Positions 62,135 through 64,000 of a stretch of DNA of 64,000 nucleotides are shown here, in pieces. The stretch lies in contig OY760183.1 in assembly GCA_963663275.1 (NCBI GenBank), forward strand, positions 2,112,001 through 2,176,000, read 5' to 3'. The position numbers and the translations under genes were made by a program. The DNA is from Chloroflexota bacterium (GTDB taxonomy: Bacteria; Chloroflexota; UBA11872; VXOZ01). How positions within the stretch are numbered: position 1 is the stretch's first letter; each line of letters begins with the position of its first letter. The notes below the pieces were generated by a model, which searched no databases, was not told the origin of the DNA, and worked only from the letters and a program-made list of their open reading frames with translations.

Positions 62135-62719
62135 GTGGTGGAAACGGAACGTCTCTTTCTCGCAATCGAGCTGTCCGAGAGCGCCCGGAACGGCTTGACA
62201 GAGCGCGTGCGCGTGATGAGCGCCCGCGCCGCAAAGGTGCGCTGGACGCCGGTGGACAACATACACGTCACGCTCAAGTTCCTTGGCGAAACGCCGCCGG
62301 AACGAAAAGCGGCGGTCGTGGAAGCGATGGCGCGCGCGGCGGCCAACGCGCGTCCGTTCGAAGTTTCTATCGCCGGCGTGCGCATCATACGCAGGCGCGG
62401 TGCGCCGCGCATGGTCTGGGCAAACATAACGGACGCTCAGGATCAACTCCGGCAGTTGCACGACAGGACGGAACAATTGTTGGAGTGCAGCGGCTTTCCT
62501 CGCGAGGGGCGGTCGTTCTCGCCTCACGTCACCCTGGCGCGGGTGCGCGACGGCATCGCGCCGTGGGAGCGGCGCTTGCTGGACGAGTGGGCAAGCGCGC
62601 AGCGGAGTCTCGCGCCGATCGCCCTGGCGGTGGAGGACGTCGTCCTCATGAAGAGCGAACTGAAGCCGGGCGGCGCGCAGTATACGGTCTGCAACCGCTT
62701 TGCGCTGCAAGGGACGTGA
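62135..62719 (+). CDS. thpR: RNA 2',3'-cyclic phosphodiesterase (2H family)
   Basis: RLFLAI, HVTLKFLG, PHVTLAR, S.L..GG..Y. Confidence 0.9.
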   Translation: MVETERLFLAIELSESARNGLTERVRVMSARAAKVRWTPVDNIHVTLKFLGETPPERKAAVVEAMARAAANARPFEVSIAGVRIIRRRGAPRMVWANITDAQDQLRQLHDRTEQLLECSGFPREGRSFSPHVTLARVRDGIAPWERRLLDEWASAQRSLAPIALAVEDVVLMKSELKPGGAQYTVCNRFALQGT

Positions 62720-62822
62720 ACGCGGCAGGGCAGTACCGACTCTCTTCTCACATGTTGGATGATGGCGGCGGGTGACAGTCCGCCTGAGAACAAGAGAACG
62801 TAAGCGGTAGGGGAGCACGAAA

Positions 62823-63344
62823 GTGGCGGTTGTCTATCTCGGTCTGGGCAGCAATGCGGGCGATCGACTCGCGAATCTGCGGCGCGCGGCGGAACGGCTG
62901 CACGCCCAGATTATGCTCACGCGGGTGTCGTCGGTCTACGAAACCGAACCGGTGGGGTACGCCCGGCAGCCGTGGTTCCTGAACGCCGTGCTGGAGGGTT
63001 ACACCGAGTTGGAACCGGTGGAACTCTTGCGGTTTGCTTTGGACATCGAGAGCGCGCTGGGCCGGACGCGGCCTTTTCCCAACGCGCCGCGCACGATTGA
63101 CATCGACATTCTGCTCTACGGCGAGCGCAAAATCGCAACCCCGTCGCTCACCGTGCCGCATCCGCGACTGACCGAACGCGGCTTTGCGCTCTGCCCTCTA
63201 ACGGAGATTGCCCCGCACGTGGCGCATCCGGTGACGGGGGAGACGATGGAAAGCACCCTGGCGGCGGCAACCGGCCTGGAAGAGACCCGCCACTTTGCCG
63301 ACCAGAATTGGTACGCGGGGGACGCGCCGGAGGTTCTCACCTGA
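62823..63344 (+). CDS. folK: 6-hydroxymethyl-7,8-dihydropterin pyrophosphokinase
   Basis: YLGLGSN.GDR, SSVYETEP, FLNAV, PRTIDIDIL, PHPR. Confidence 0.95.
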   Translation: MAVVYLGLGSNAGDRLANLRRAAERLHAQIMLTRVSSVYETEPVGYARQPWFLNAVLEGYTELEPVELLRFALDIESALGRTRPFPNAPRTIDIDILLYGERKIATPSLTVPHPRLTERGFALCPLTEIAPHVAHPVTGETMESTLAAATGLEETRHFADQNWYAGDAPEVLT

Positions 63345-63401
63345 AACGCGCGCCGCGTGTTCGCCAGGGTTGCCCGGAGACTTCCGGCGCCGACGGAAGC
63401 C

Positions 63402-63788
63402 CTAACCGTCTTTCCGCTCCAGCAGTTCGATTTCGTAGCCGTCGGGGTCGTCGATGAAGGCCATCTTCCTGCCGTCGGCAAATATCTCGCGCCAGCCGTC
63501 GGGCCAGATTTCGATGCCATTCGCTTCCAGTTCGGCGCAGCACGCGATGAGATCGGGCACGCCAATGGCAATGTGCATCAGGTCCTCGGGCACGTTGAGG
63601 TCATAGTCGTCGGAGTAGGTGAGTTCCAACGTATGCGCGTTGCCGGGCAGTTCCAGGTGTGCGATCTGGTTGCCGTCGGGCGAGCGTGCGCTGCGGCTGA
63701 GCACTTTGAAGCCCAAATGCTCGCAGTAGAAGTTGATCGAGTTGTCCAGGTCGCTCACGCGCACCCGCGTGTGCAAGAAAACCGCCAT
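63402..63788 (-). CDS. VOC / glyoxalase I-like protein
   Basis: FLHTRVRV.DL..SI.FY, LELT, HIAI, FIDDPDGYEIELL. Confidence 0.88.
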   Translation of the reverse strand: MAVFLHTRVRVSDLDNSINFYCEHLGFKVLSRSARSPDGNQIAHLELPGNAHTLELTYSDDYDLNVPEDLMHIAIGVPDLIACCAELEANGIEIWPDGWREIFADGRKMAFIDDPDGYEIELLERKDG

Positions 63789-64000
63789 GATTAGCTCCCT
63801 TTCGCTGTTGCTGCCGCACGTTTCGGCTTGCGCATCCGGCCTGCGCGCACGCTGCGCCCCGTGGCGCGCCGCGCTTGGATTGCGCCTCTCTTCAGGCAAT
63901 AGTAGCAACCTCAGAGAGTTGAAACAAACCGCTGCTCTGAACTGGGGTCGCGTTTACGGGAACGGTCAGCGGGAACCGGCGGGAGCGACGCTTAGACCCG

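Noticed and set aside
62720-62822. Folate-related riboswitch upstream of folK
   Set aside because: Only a generic hairpin; no THF or ZTP riboswitch consensus recognised.
63895-63925. CRISPR-repeat-like ending GTTGAAAC
   Set aside because: Single occurrence, no second repeat in the remaining 75 bp, and no cas genes.

Overview
High-GC bacterial chromosomal window, most likely Chloroflexota (inferred from the gene repertoire, the Gfo/Idh/MocA and TolB-like paralogue expansions, and the repeat at the VanW N-terminus). From 1 to 23 kb it holds catabolic and accessory genes: an M20 hydrolase, a D-threonine-aldolase-like PLP enzyme, a glycoside-hydrolase-like protein plus sulfatase, an SDR, an orphan solute-binding protein, a DHDPS-like aldolase, a PHP/DUF3604 metallohydrolase, a CBM9-like protein, two beta-propeller lipoproteins, a DegT aminotransferase and four oxidoreductases. 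From 23 to 64 kb it is largely housekeeping: recQ, larCB, eno, folD, fchA, purNMFLQS, UPF0182, an ftsH-like gene, nrdR, mnmE, pyrE, galU, thpR and folK. I found no rRNA, tRNA, CRISPR array, integrase, transposase or reverse transcriptase. Four things stand out. (1) A nested family of non-autonomous elements: a REP doublet inside a ~150-bp MITE with 9-bp target duplications (4 copies), two of which sit inside a ~315-bp MITE with GAGAC..TTGCA ends and 5-bp duplications. (2) An NrdR with a tandemly duplicated zinc ribbon, preceded by two NrdR-box-like sites 32 bp apart. (3) A 74-bp duplication of a gene 3' end bracketing a single beta-propeller lipoprotein gene like a cassette. (4) A FolD lacking both cyclohydrolase residues, next to a stand-alone FchA. 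All product calls come from motifs recognised by eye, not from database searches.
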